Virus record (IMG/VR): IMGVR_UViG_3300005326_000723
Span: 1 to 44,043 of that record
Length of the DNA: 44,043 nt
Origin: a virus
Lineage: Duplodnaviria > Caudoviricetes
Reading direction: 5' to 3' (one strand)
Below the pieces are notes generated by a model, which was not told the origin of the DNA, made no database searches, and saw only the letters and a program-made list of their open reading frames with translations. Within the stretch, counting starts at the first letter, position 1. Each line of letters opens with the position of its first letter. The position numbers and the translations under genes were made by a program. Shown here in pieces: positions 1 through 8,900 of the stretch.

Positions 1-2556
1 TCAAGAAAAGGCTGAATACTTCCCAAGTTTCTGTGCCTCGTTGAAAACCGGCAGTGGCTGATTGCAGTTCTCGTTTATTGCTAAGGACAATTTCTTAGGG
101 TCGAGCGGTTTATACAAAACACTATTAATGCCAGAAGCAAAACACTGCTCCCTGGTAATCACATCAGTATCTGCAGTATACGCAACGATGGGTACAGCGA
201 TGGAATTAAGTTCCTTCTCTCGTGCTCTAAATCGAGAGGCCCACTCAATTCCATCCATATCAGGCATTCGGATATCGAGGATAATTAAATCAAAGTTGCA
301 TTGATTCACCAGTTCCAAAGCCTGCAAAGCGCTTACCGCCTGTGTAACCTCATGGCCCCATGTGGAAAGGGTGTCGCTAAGAAGTCGCCGGTTAAATGCA
401 TTATCTTCGATTATCAGGATATTGAGAGGAGTAATAGCGAGGAGTGGAATATTCTTGTTTTGAGGTTGAGAACTATCAGGCAAGGGTAATTCGACAACAA
501 AACAACTCCCTTTGCCCTCTTCGCTGACGACCTCGATCCTCCCCTTCATCAACTCTACGAGCCGCTTCACAATAGCCAGCCCCAAACCAGTACCATCGTA
601 TTTACGCTTAGTGCTTGAATCGAGTTGACGAAAAGGTTGAAAAAGCAAAGGGATTTGATCTTCAGCAATGCCTATACCGGTATCATGCACTTCAAGTCGG
701 ACCAAATTGTTATTAATTCCAAGCCCACCAGCGATAGATGTGACGGTGAGTGAAATGCTGCCTGCTTCGGTGAATTTAAAGGCATTAGCAATCAAGTTTG
801 ACAAAATTTGACGGAACCGTATGGGATCGCCACAGGTCCAACTGGGTAAATTCTTGTCTTTGTACACTTGAACATCGATCTTTTTCTTTGCTGCCAGGGC
901 GGCATATTGCCCAACAATGCGATCAATTGTTTCGATAAGATTAAAAGGAATTGATTCCAGGCTCAATTGCCCAGCTTCTATTTTTGACATGTCGAGGATA
1001 TTGTTAACCAAATCCATTAACGACCCGGAAGACTGATCAATAATATCTAAGTATTGTTGTAAAATAACAGGGTCGGTGGTTTTACGTGCCAGAGAGCTAA
1101 AACCCACCAACGCATTGAGTGGGGTGCGAATTTCGTGGCTAACTAGGGCCAAAAATTCAGATTTGACTTTACTGGATTCTTCAGCGACCTTACGGGCCAT
1201 GTCCAATTCTTCTTGGTTCCTTTTCTGTTCCGTAATATCAACGGCATTGCCGACAAACGAGATAATTTCTTTTTTGTCATTCAAATAGGGCATAAAATTA
1301 GACATAAACCAATGAATGGATCCATCTCGATGAAAAATACGATATTCGATCCCCTCTCGAGCCCGTCCGGTATTTAACATCTCGTTGTGAAATGCTTCAC
1401 AGGCGGCAACATCCTCTGGATGTAATGTCTCTCTGAAATGCTTTCCAATAAATTCAGATGGTTCATAGCCGAGCAATCTGGTGATACTCGGAGATACATA
1501 ATTCAGAATACCATCTAGACTCACCGTATGAATTATGCTGTGGCTGTTCTCTACTAGGGAGTGATATAGTTCTTTAGCATGAAATAATTCCAAGTCAGCC
1601 CGCTTATGTTCCGTGATATCCAGGCAATGGCCGATATAACCCAAAAAATTTCCATTAATATCGAAGCGAGGTGTTCCATCAACTAGGAACCAGTGGTATT
1701 CACCACTGTTATGTCGCAGTCGGAACTCAATACTGAATTTTTCACGTTTATCAAAGGCGGTGGTATAGACCCGCAAACAGCGATCGAGATCTTCTGGATG
1801 CACTCCTTCCAACCAGCCGTTGCCTATTTCCTGTTCCAGCGTTTTACCAGTAAATAGCAACCAGGGTTCGTTGAAGTAGTCGCACAATTTATCGGGGCCG
1901 CTGGTCCAAATGAGAGCTTGACCAGAATCAGCTAGAACACGGTATTTAAATTCGCTTTCGGCAAGCGCTCTCTCACTCCGCTTGAGATCTAAGATTAATC
2001 GGGCCTGTTGCATATTCTGGTAAGCACTTTCAGATAGGTGTTTTGCGAAGGTAAACAACAGCTGAGCCATTCTTTCGAATTTTTCTCGCGACATAACTGG
2101 AACTTCATCAAAGGCTTCAATCATGGAAGTTTCGTCAACTCCAATCTCTCTGGCATAAGCGCGCATTTTCTCTTCAGTCTGTGATTCGTCACGCACCTGG
2201 CCGATCAGCCAGTTAGCGATATGTTGTTCACCGACCACAATACCGGCACCAGCATCCCAAAGTCCGCAACTCAAACATTGGTGAACCACCGGGCCATCTG
2301 GATTGGGCACACCAAAAATTGCATCGGATTTACAACAATTAGCAGCACCTATCTTCGTTCTACGGATAATGTCTTTACACATCCTGGTAAAATTACTCGG
2401 TACGGTGATAGGTGTTCCATCGGGGCGGGTTATGATAGATGCAAGGCCAGTTGACCAAGCAAATTGATCCTGTATGCGCTGAAGTTCCTCTAAGCTGAAT
2501 AATTCCTCAATACTGATGCTAGTTACGCTACCCTGCGAGCACTTCAACGAGGTCAT
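1..2556 (-). CDS. Hybrid sensor histidine kinase/response regulator (PocR - PAS - PAS - HisKA - HATPase - REC), flanking gene
   Basis: N-terminal PocR-like domain (QDQFAWSTG..C..GLWDAGAGIVVG.HIANWLIGQV), two PAS domains, H-box SHEIRTPLN, N-box NLIANAFKFT, G-boxes DTGIGI/GTGLGL, receiver DLIILDIRMPDMDG. Start chosen at ATG 2556 (AAGGAG upstream); 2574 is the alternative. Confidence 0.93.
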   Translation of the reverse strand: MTSLKCSQGSVTSISIEELFSLEELQRIQDQFAWSTGLASIITRPDGTPITVPSNFTRMCKDIIRRTKIGAANCCKSDAIFGVPNPDGPVVHQCLSCGLWDAGAGIVVGEQHIANWLIGQVRDESQTEEKMRAYAREIGVDETSMIEAFDEVPVMSREKFERMAQLLFTFAKHLSESAYQNMQQARLILDLKRSERALAESEFKYRVLADSGQALIWTSGPDKLCDYFNEPWLLFTGKTLEQEIGNGWLEGVHPEDLDRCLRVYTTAFDKREKFSIEFRLRHNSGEYHWFLVDGTPRFDINGNFLGYIGHCLDITEHKRADLELFHAKELYHSLVENSHSIIHTVSLDGILNYVSPSITRLLGYEPSEFIGKHFRETLHPEDVAACEAFHNEMLNTGRAREGIEYRIFHRDGSIHWFMSNFMPYLNDKKEIISFVGNAVDITEQKRNQEELDMARKVAEESSKVKSEFLALVSHEIRTPLNALVGFSSLARKTTDPVILQQYLDIIDQSSGSLMDLVNNILDMSKIEAGQLSLESIPFNLIETIDRIVGQYAALAAKKKIDVQVYKDKNLPSWTCGDPIRFRQILSNLIANAFKFTEAGSISLTVTSIAGGLGINNNLVRLEVHDTGIGIAEDQIPLLFQPFRQLDSSTKRKYDGTGLGLAIVKRLVELMKGRIEVVSEEGKGSCFVVELPLPDSSQPQNKNIPLLAITPLNILIIEDNAFNRRLLSDTLSTWGHEVTQAVSALQALELVNQCNFDLIILDIRMPDMDGIEWASRFRAREKELNSIAVPIVAYTADTDVITREQCFASGINSVLYKPLDPKKLSLAINENCNQPLPVFNEAQKLGKYSAFS

Positions 2557-2603
2557 GCATTGCTCCTTTTCCATTTAGCTTGGCAAATGCCTTTAGTTCT
2601 AAT

Positions 2604-2610
2604 CAACCCA
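2604..2610 (+). repeat. Left copy of direct repeat CAACCCA (contains the putative target-site duplication)
   Basis: Identical to 43525-43531; lies 13 bp beyond the stop codon of the last phage gene. Confidence 0.7.
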
Positions 2611-2623
2611 CACATTTTACTTT

Positions 2624-3385
2624 TTAATTCCGAATCAACAACTCTGTTCTCATCTGCGCCCGGCTGCCTTCCTTCGGGCTCATCGAGTATTTCAGCTCCA
2701 CCTCCTCGATTTTGAACCGCGCAAATATCTCCCGGACCTCGGGCGTATCGTTGATGGTCATCAGGAACCGCCCCTTGATGCCAGCGAGCACCTCGGCCAG
2801 ATCCACAAAATCCCGCTCCACGAAGTTGTGCTCATAGCAGTTGATCTTCCAATACGGCGGATCGAGGAAGAACAGGGTGTACTCCCGGTCATAGCGGGGA
2901 ATCAAATCGCGGAAGTCGAGACACTCGATCATCACATGACCAAGCCGGATCCACGCCTCCTCGAGCAACCGTTGCAGGGTGAACAAGTTGAGTCTGGGAG
3001 TGCCGGTGGTTGAGGTGCCGAAGGTCCTGCCCCGACTGCGGTTGCCAAAGCACATCCGTTGCAGATACAAGTACCGGGCGGCCCGCTGGATATCGGTGAG
3101 GGTATCGGGATTGACCTGCATCAACCGGTCGAACTCGTCCCGCGAGACCAGGACATACTTGAACTGACGATGCAGCTCCTCGGGGTGATGCTTGACCGTC
3201 CGATAGAGGGTGATCAGATCCCGGTCCAGATCGTTGATCACCTCGGTCCCCTTGGGTTCCTTGGCAAAAAAGACATTGGCGGCGCCGGCGAACACCTCGA
3301 CATAGCATTGGTGCTCCGGGAATTTGGAAAGAATGGTTTTGGCTAGGCGGCTCTTGCCGCCAAAATAGGGTATCAGCGCTCCCAC
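2624..3385 (-). CDS. dam: Phage DNA adenine methyltransferase (Dam/D12 class) at the Mu mom position
   Basis: Motifs YFGGKSRLA, EVFAGAA, INDLD, FLDPPY. GTG start at 3385 preceded by AAGGAG. Confidence 0.92.
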   Translation of the reverse strand: MGALIPYFGGKSRLAKTILSKFPEHQCYVEVFAGAANVFFAKEPKGTEVINDLDRDLITLYRTVKHHPEELHRQFKYVLVSRDEFDRLMQVNPDTLTDIQRAARYLYLQRMCFGNRSRGRTFGTSTTGTPRLNLFTLQRLLEEAWIRLGHVMIECLDFRDLIPRYDREYTLFFLDPPYWKINCYEHNFVERDFVDLAEVLAGIKGRFLMTINDTPEVREIFARFKIEEVELKYSMSPKEGSRAQMRTELLIRN

Positions 3386-3395
3386 GAAAGGCTCC

Positions 3396-3424
3396 TTGTG
3401 GAAATGCAGGCAATATGCTACTAC
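3396..3424 (+). promoter_or_regulatory. Putative sigma70 promoter, antisense to late transcription
   Basis: TTGTGG (3396-3401), 17 bp, TACTAC (3419-3424) with a TGn extension; sits just before the structured region. Confidence 0.45.
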
Positions 3425-3429
3425 CCCCC

Positions 3430-3545
3430 TTGCGCTGTCCTCAGCGTGCATCGGGGCTAGAGCAGGAGAACCTGCGGATCACCTTCCGTGTTATCGCACG
3501 GTTGGATGGTTCGGGGAGGGGTGCAACCCTCCCCAGTCCCGTCCT
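3430..3545 (+). ncRNA. Putative cloverleaf-like structured RNA upstream of, and antisense to, dam
   Basis: 5' hairpin TGCGCTG/CAGCGTG, then closing stem CGGGGCT/AGTCCCG enclosing GCAGG/CCTGC, ATCACC..CCGTG/CACGG..GGATGGT and GGGGAGGG/CCCTCCCC. Several non-Watson-Crick positions are G-U on the + strand. Confidence 0.55.
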
Positions 3546-3556
3546 CGGGTTTCACA

Positions 3557-3757
3557 TCATACTTCGTATATCTTCACTGTCGGCGAGCTGGGGATGTTAC
3601 CGGCTACCACGCCAACGATGATGCCGTTCATCACCGTTACCCGATCCCCATTGCGGTACGCGGTCCCAGAAGAAGCCTTGTACTTGCGGCCGCTGCCGTC
3701 GATCACCTGATAGACACCTGGCATTATGATTGATGCGATTGTGCCGGTGATCGTCAC
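3557..3757 (-). CDS. Small tail-region protein (66 aa, beta-rich)
   Basis: GTG start overlaps the upstream stop; last gene of the tail cluster. Confidence 0.7.
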   Translation of the reverse strand: MTITGTIASIIMPGVYQVIDGSGRKYKASSGTAYRNGDRVTVMNGIIVGVVAGNIPSSPTVKIYEV

Positions 3758-4068
3758 GGCGCGACCTCCTTCTCGATAGTCAGAATCATGGCGCGGTTGA
3801 CGCGCTCTTCCTCTCTCGCCATGGTGATGGAAATATCGGTCAAGAGCCCCCTCCAGGGAGCACCCGTCAGGGCCTGCACTTCAATAATTCGATTGATCCT
3901 CAGCCCAGAGCGGGGAACGATCTCCATCGTGACCAGCTGCCTCGAGCTACAGTTGGCGTCGATCTCATTGCGACCACGCTCGACTGCAACAGGTTCAGAG
4001 GTGATCAAGGGATCATTGATATCCGGCCCCTGTTTATCCCCTGGGCTGCGTTGAACAACGACGATCAT
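3754..4068 (-). CDS. Tail-region protein (104 aa), possible tail-tip/hub subdomain
   Basis: 4-bp overlaps with both neighbours; function inferred from position only. Confidence 0.7.
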   Translation of the reverse strand: MIVVVQRSPGDKQGPDINDPLITSEPVAVERGRNEIDANCSSRQLVTMEIVPRSGLRINRIIEVQALTGAPWRGLLTDISITMAREEERVNRAMILTIEKEVAP

Positions 4069-4559
4069 GCCGCCTCCATGGTCACGACAATCAAGATGGG
4101 ATAGTCTTCCTCTTCGGCCAGCACGATATCGGGAGGGATGAGCCTGTACTGGTGTGCGGCAATGACCATGGCGATATCACACACTGCCGGTACAACCCCG
4201 GAAGGGGTCAAGGTCCGGCCGACAACACTCAACCCGGCGTCGTTACCGAACCAGGTGATAGTCGGCCGACCGGACGGAAGATACTCTAACTCCTGACTCT
4301 GCAACTCCTGCCACTGCATCCGCTGGGACCGTTCCCTCTCAACCATCCCCAAGTCTTGAATGCTGCCACTGGAGCAGGAAACGGCGGCGATCACCAGGGA
4401 TGGTTCATGATGCACAAGAAAGACCGGCTGATCGCCAGGCTCGAAGGTGGTTTTTTCAGTGCCCGATGCATCGAGATTGACGGCCCCGTCCAGCTCGATC
4501 TTCACCAAAGCATTGCTATCGGCACCTTTACCGAACTGAACGACAACGGTCGCACTCAT
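4065..4559 (-). CDS. Tail-tip region protein (164 aa)
   Basis: Start MSATVVVQFG at 4559 overlaps the upstream TGA; beta-rich. Confidence 0.75.
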   Translation of the reverse strand: MSATVVVQFGKGADSNALVKIELDGAVNLDASGTEKTTFEPGDQPVFLVHHEPSLVIAAVSCSSGSIQDLGMVERERSQRMQWQELQSQELEYLPSGRPTITWFGNDAGLSVVGRTLTPSGVVPAVCDIAMVIAAHQYRLIPPDIVLAEEEDYPILIVVTMEAA

Positions 4560-6625
4560 GACGCCACCTCGGCAACGAACTGCACCTGTTCCACCTGACT
4601 GTTGCGTGCCCTGAACAGGCGGCAGCGGGTTGTATAAGTGATCGACAGTAGGCTCTCTCCGGAGACCGAGGAAATAAGGCGCCCGTCTTCGCTTGCGGTG
4701 ACCTCGCCGAGGTCGACCTGCAGCCAATTAGTCACCGAAACGCCATACACAGGCTTTGCCGTTTGCGTCTCCCCGGCGATGAACTCCACCACTTCGATCT
4801 GCTCACTCTCCTCGATGCCGAGGTCGGCCAATTGCACCCAGTCTCCCCCGGTATGGGTGAAGTCAAAATCGTCCGCCCAGGGGGTTTGATATACCCTGAG
4901 CAAATAGACCATATCGCTCTCGCTCTCCGGCTCGATCCGCAGCGACCCCGTGGCCGCAGCAACCTGATCGCCGACGAGATATCTGTTGTAGCCTGGCCGG
5001 TAATCGTCATCGTCGGTGGAGCTGATGACATCGAGGGTCTCCCGGATTACTGCCGAAGGCATTGCCTCATGGTACCTATTGACCGGGACCGGGTAGGCGG
5101 GTTCGATCACCATGGACCCGTCGGGAAGTGAGAGCATCAGTCCTCCAGGAACGGATGCCAGTTGTCGGATCAGGGCGAGCGGCGTCTGATCGGTGGCGGA
5201 GAGGTCACCTGGGACAAGGGTCCAGTCGACGGTTGCCCAGTCCAGCGAGAGCTCGCCGGCGAGCTGCTTCGCACACACCGAGGCCAGTCCGAGCTGGTCG
5301 CCCGTTCGTGTCTCCGCAAAGGGCGCATCGAGCCATGCAGCGGGGCTGATACAGGAGATGGTATATATCCATTGCCCATGCCTGCGATCCCGTCGCCGAT
5401 CTTCAATGCGGAGGCGATACTCATCGCCGTACAGGGTGAGCACCGCATCGGCACCGATGGCACAATGGGCGTACTCGGCCTCAGTCGCCACGGCAACAGT
5501 GGCGGTGATGGCGTATTGCGACCTGCTCCATTTAAACTCAATCGATAGAGGATCAATGGCAACCCCGTCGACAACGAAGGACTCTGCCTCCGTCTCGATG
5601 AGGAGCGGCGCCGCATCCCCCCAAGCAACCAGGTCAACCTGTGAGCGGGCACTTACCCGATCGACAACGGCGAACGGCATGTCGACCTGGGAACGGACCA
5701 GCGAGGATCCAAACAAATAGCGCATGTCGACCTGGGCCAGCGCCCTGACCATGTACCCGAACGGCAGGTGTACGTGCGCTTTTGCGGTCGGCCGGTGGGT
5801 AAACGGCAGGTCGACCTGAGCCCTTGGCCGGTATCGGCTGGCATACGGTAGGTCGATCTGGGCTTTGAGTGTGGTTGCGGCCCGGTACGGCAGGTCGATC
5901 TGATTGCAGGCTAGGGCTCCGGCGATGGCATACGGCAGATCGATCTGGGCAATGACATCGTACCGGAACAAACTCGCCAAGGAGTCCAGAAGTGTAAAAT
6001 TGGCAGTGTCCCTTGCCACTCCTTTAGTGATCCGTAGGTCATCGATGTAGCCGTAGAAAGAACCGCCTCCGCTCCCCCCAGGAGTGCAACCAATGGTCAA
6101 CGGATTGCTCGAACTGCCGAGGTCAGATGAATTGGTCGCAGACCCATCGGCGACACCATTCACCCACAGCGTAAAAATGTTCGACTGGCGGGTGATCGCG
6201 ACGTGATACCAGACACCAACACTCAATGTCGTTGACCCGGCGGCAAGCGTTCCGGATGGGGTATACATCCCCAACTTGCCGGACACGATATTCCAGACCC
6301 AAGGAATGCCTGAAGCTGTCGACCGAAAATCCAGGATATTAAATGTTCCGGATACGGACGAAATCCTAACCCAACACTCGCAAGTGAAATCAGCAGTACC
6401 CAGTGCGAAATCGGCAGAACTCGCTAAGCTCAGGTAATCGGTACTCCCATCAAAATATGCCGAAGCCCCGCCGAACTTGCTCTGCGCCGTGCTGAGTTGG
6501 ACGTTGCCTGCAGGGGTGACGGTATGGCCTTTCAGGTCGACGAACGACGTCGAACCCGATGCGCCATCCATCGACATGGCCAGGACAACGGAGGCCCAAT
6601 AGGGATCAGTGCAATACAGAGCCAT
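4556..6625 (-). CDS. Tail protein with N-terminal LamG/concanavalin-A-like domain, repeat linker and C-terminal hub-like region
   Basis: AQSKFGGASAYFDGSTDYL, DFTCECWV, WYHVAITR, FYGYIDDLRITKGVAR are typical of phage LamG-like domains. Start at 6625 from a TGATG overlap. Confidence 0.8.
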   Translation of the reverse strand: MALYCTDPYWASVVLAMSMDGASGSTSFVDLKGHTVTPAGNVQLSTAQSKFGGASAYFDGSTDYLSLASSADFALGTADFTCECWVRISSVSGTFNILDFRSTASGIPWVWNIVSGKLGMYTPSGTLAAGSTTLSVGVWYHVAITRQSNIFTLWVNGVADGSATNSSDLGSSSNPLTIGCTPGGSGGGSFYGYIDDLRITKGVARDTANFTLLDSLASLFRYDVIAQIDLPYAIAGALACNQIDLPYRAATTLKAQIDLPYASRYRPRAQVDLPFTHRPTAKAHVHLPFGYMVRALAQVDMRYLFGSSLVRSQVDMPFAVVDRVSARSQVDLVAWGDAAPLLIETEAESFVVDGVAIDPLSIEFKWSRSQYAITATVAVATEAEYAHCAIGADAVLTLYGDEYRLRIEDRRRDRRHGQWIYTISCISPAAWLDAPFAETRTGDQLGLASVCAKQLAGELSLDWATVDWTLVPGDLSATDQTPLALIRQLASVPGGLMLSLPDGSMVIEPAYPVPVNRYHEAMPSAVIRETLDVISSTDDDDYRPGYNRYLVGDQVAAATGSLRIEPESESDMVYLLRVYQTPWADDFDFTHTGGDWVQLADLGIEESEQIEVVEFIAGETQTAKPVYGVSVTNWLQVDLGEVTASEDGRLISSVSGESLLSITYTTRCRLFRARNSQVEQVQFVAEVAS
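5631..5956 (-). repeat. Eight degenerate ~14-16 aa protein repeats, consensus (A/S)Q(I/V)D(L/M)P(Y/F)
   Basis: AQIDLPY, NQIDLPY, AQIDLPY, AQVDLPF, AHVHLPF, AQVDMRY, SQVDMPF, SQVDLV in the translation. Confidence 0.85.
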
Positions 6626-6921
6626 CAGACTCTCCCCAAATACCGGCCCCACCGGCACAGCAGGCAGGTCTCATGCTGCTCGCGGCCGATGACCGACGTT
6701 TTGACTCCTGGTTTTCCGCATTCTGGGCAGAGTCGGAGGGGTGGTCCCTGTTGCGGGGAGGACTCTGCCTTATTATTCGCCGCCATCGCTTCAACCCTGC
6801 CTTGAACGGCCGAGAGCAATTCCTGTTGCATCGCATCGAGGCTGCCGATTTCGGCGACTTGACACGCATGAACGATTTGCAGGCAGGTCTGCAGATCCTT
6901 CAAGTTATAGGCGTCCCACAT
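6625..6921 (-). CDS. Small zinc-ribbon protein (CPEC...CLLC) in the tail cluster
   Basis: Two CxxC pairs; start MWDAY at 6921 overlaps the upstream TGA. Confidence 0.75.
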   Translation of the reverse strand: MWDAYNLKDLQTCLQIVHACQVAEIGSLDAMQQELLSAVQGRVEAMAANNKAESSPQQGPPLRLCPECGKPGVKTSVIGREQHETCLLCRWGRYLGRV

Positions 6922-8900
6922 CAGCACTGCCATGCCCAGACCCTCCACGTTACACCTGGATAAATTACCTCATGATTACAATAGGACATCTGCCCAGTGA
7001 TAAACTCAGATCGGCAATCGGGTTCCGGATCGCATGGCCCAGGATCATGGCCCAATATCGGTCGAGCCTCAGCCATTGTAGCAACGCCATAATTTGTCAG
7101 ACACGGGTCGGTCCTTATACCGAAAGCTGGACAGGCCAACCGAACAGGTTCTTGCACCCCACCGCAGGTGGACAAACACAGGAGATCCGCACGTTGCACC
7201 TTATAGGCTCCACGGATTGATTCGGAATAACAGGTCGAACCCCAGTTGCCATAGCTTACAGAGGCGCAACTGGTATGGGTATTTGCGAGATCCTCGACTA
7301 TCACCCACTGGCCATTGACCGAGCGAACCGCGCCTGAAGCCACCTGCAGGCAGTAGTCGCGGACCGTGATCTCTCCAACCCCGCAGGCAGCCGACGTATA
7401 GATCAGGACAAACGGGCTGTTGGTGGTGAGCGTCTTTTTGGTGTGCGCCGCGTCCAGCCAGAACCCGGTGCCGGATATTTGCACATCGAACGGCCCCAAC
7501 CCGCCTATCCAGAAAACGGCACCCATGCTGTTGTCCGCCATCACATCGGCAGAGTTAGTGTAATCCCATTCGACCGGAGGCGCGGAGGCGCAGCAGTTGT
7601 TGTTCACCTCCCAACGGATGGTCAGCTCCCCACAGTTGCCCTCGCGCGGAGCCACTGCCACGAACTCGACATCCGGGCCGAGCTTGTCCTGCCAATATGC
7701 CTTGCTGGGCTTGACCTCGGCTCCCGGCTTCCAGACCCGTTTGATGACCGGGCAGGGCGGCAGAGATCGCCCTGAAGGTGGCGGGAAGCAACACACCTCT
7801 TCGTAATAGGCGGGATCGTTTATCCGGTAGAGCACCCCTCCCAACACCTCCCATCCCGCCTCGTCGCAATCGATGTAGTCGCTCGTCACTCTCCTGCTGC
7901 CGACCAGGTGCGCTCCAGGTAAAGTACCTTCGGGACAATCGACGGCGACCTCGACCTCTTCCGAGGACACCACCTTGCCCGAACACTGGCACTTCACCTC
8001 ATGGGTTACCAGTTCGTAGCAGGTGGTTGGCAGCTCTTCCTCCTCGGTGTCGCCTTGCCGGTTGCGGCTGCACAGATCGGCGTCGCCATCGGCGGTGGTA
8101 TCTGTTTCCGGCGGCTCCAGGGTCAGGGGTTCGGCCAGCCGGTTCCAGAAACAGATGACCTCACCGTTCTGCAGCCCATCATCTGAGACTGGGGGGTTGC
8201 CCTCCGTGTCGATCTCCACTTCGGACTTGATGATGTCGGTCTTGAGGGGCTCGGATTGTACCCCAGCAACAGGCCCATGCACCTTGATCGACACCCGATC
8301 CCAAGCGGTGGCGTAGGTCAAGTTCAGCTGGCCCCTGGCCGGCTCGCTGAGATAGAGCGTCGCACCCCCGACCCGCCACTCCGGGAGCGCCCCCGATACG
8401 GAGGTGACGTTGCCCCACGTGCCGGTGACGGGTCCGAGCGGCGGATAGGGCAGATCCATCTCGCTGACCCCGTCCAGGATCATTGAGACGGTTCGCTCCC
8501 CGCCGATTAGTTGGGTTTCAAGGAATGAGCCGTTCTCGATCTGCAGCTTGTACGGGATGTCGTTGCGGCTGCGGATCACATCCACATAGGCGACCCAGCT
8601 GTAATCGACCATAGCGAGGCAGGCGTTGAGCGGGACGGTCTCCTGGGCAATGTCCAGGAACTCCCCTTCGCCGACCGGAGGCACAACCTGCCCCTCCTCG
8701 TCGTACTCAACGGCGTCGCCTCCGTTGCCAAGGCCCTCCTCGCAGGTGTCGATGCCGAAGGTCGCGTCGATGACCCGAGCCGCATCGGCCACGGTCGCCA
8801 TGTCGCTGTCGCGGTTTACCTGCTCCAGCCGCAGCCAGTCCTTGCCCGTGCCCCAGGCTGTGGATGGCTCAAAGGTGATGGTGAGGCTACTCTTCGACAT
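6921..8900 (-). CDS. Cys-rich tail-tip/fibre-like protein; N-terminal domain paralogous to the two upstream genes
   Basis: About 27 Cys by hand count; N-terminus SLTITF...WLRLEQ resembles 8887-9726 and 9726-10511. Confidence 0.8.
   Translation of the reverse strand: MSKSSLTITFEPSTAWGTGKDWLRLEQVNRDSDMATVADAARVIDATFGIDTCEEGLGNGGDAVEYDEEGQVVPPVGEGEFLDIAQETVPLNACLAMVDYSWVAYVDVIRSRNDIPYKLQIENGSFLETQLIGGERTVSMILDGVSEMDLPYPPLGPVTGTWGNVTSVSGALPEWRVGGATLYLSEPARGQLNLTYATAWDRVSIKVHGPVAGVQSEPLKTDIIKSEVEIDTEGNPPVSDDGLQNGEVICFWNRLAEPLTLEPPETDTTADGDADLCSRNRQGDTEEEELPTTCYELVTHEVKCQCSGKVVSSEEVEVAVDCPEGTLPGAHLVGSRRVTSDYIDCDEAGWEVLGGVLYRINDPAYYEEVCCFPPPSGRSLPPCPVIKRVWKPGAEVKPSKAYWQDKLGPDVEFVAVAPREGNCGELTIRWEVNNNCCASAPPVEWDYTNSADVMADNSMGAVFWIGGLGPFDVQISGTGFWLDAAHTKKTLTTNSPFVLIYTSAACGVGEITVRDYCLQVASGAVRSVNGQWVIVEDLANTHTSCASVSYGNWGSTCYSESIRGAYKVQRADLLCLSTCGGVQEPVRLACPAFGIRTDPCLTNYGVATMAEARPILGHDPGPCDPEPDCRSEFITGQMSYCNHEVIYPGVTWRVWAWQC

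Noticed and set aside
2889-3413. 174-aa alternative-frame ORF over dam as a Com-like regulator
   Set aside because: No CxxC zinc finger; Arg/Gly/Pro-rich off-frame composition.
3450-3545. tRNA gene
   Set aside because: Cloverleaf-like, but without a canonical D-loop, 7-nt anticodon loop, TTC T-loop or CCA end.
4556-8900. Diversity-generating retroelement or invertible tail-fibre segment
   Set aside because: No reverse transcriptase or invertase in the prophage, and no template/variable repeat pair or long flanking inverted repeats noticed by eye.
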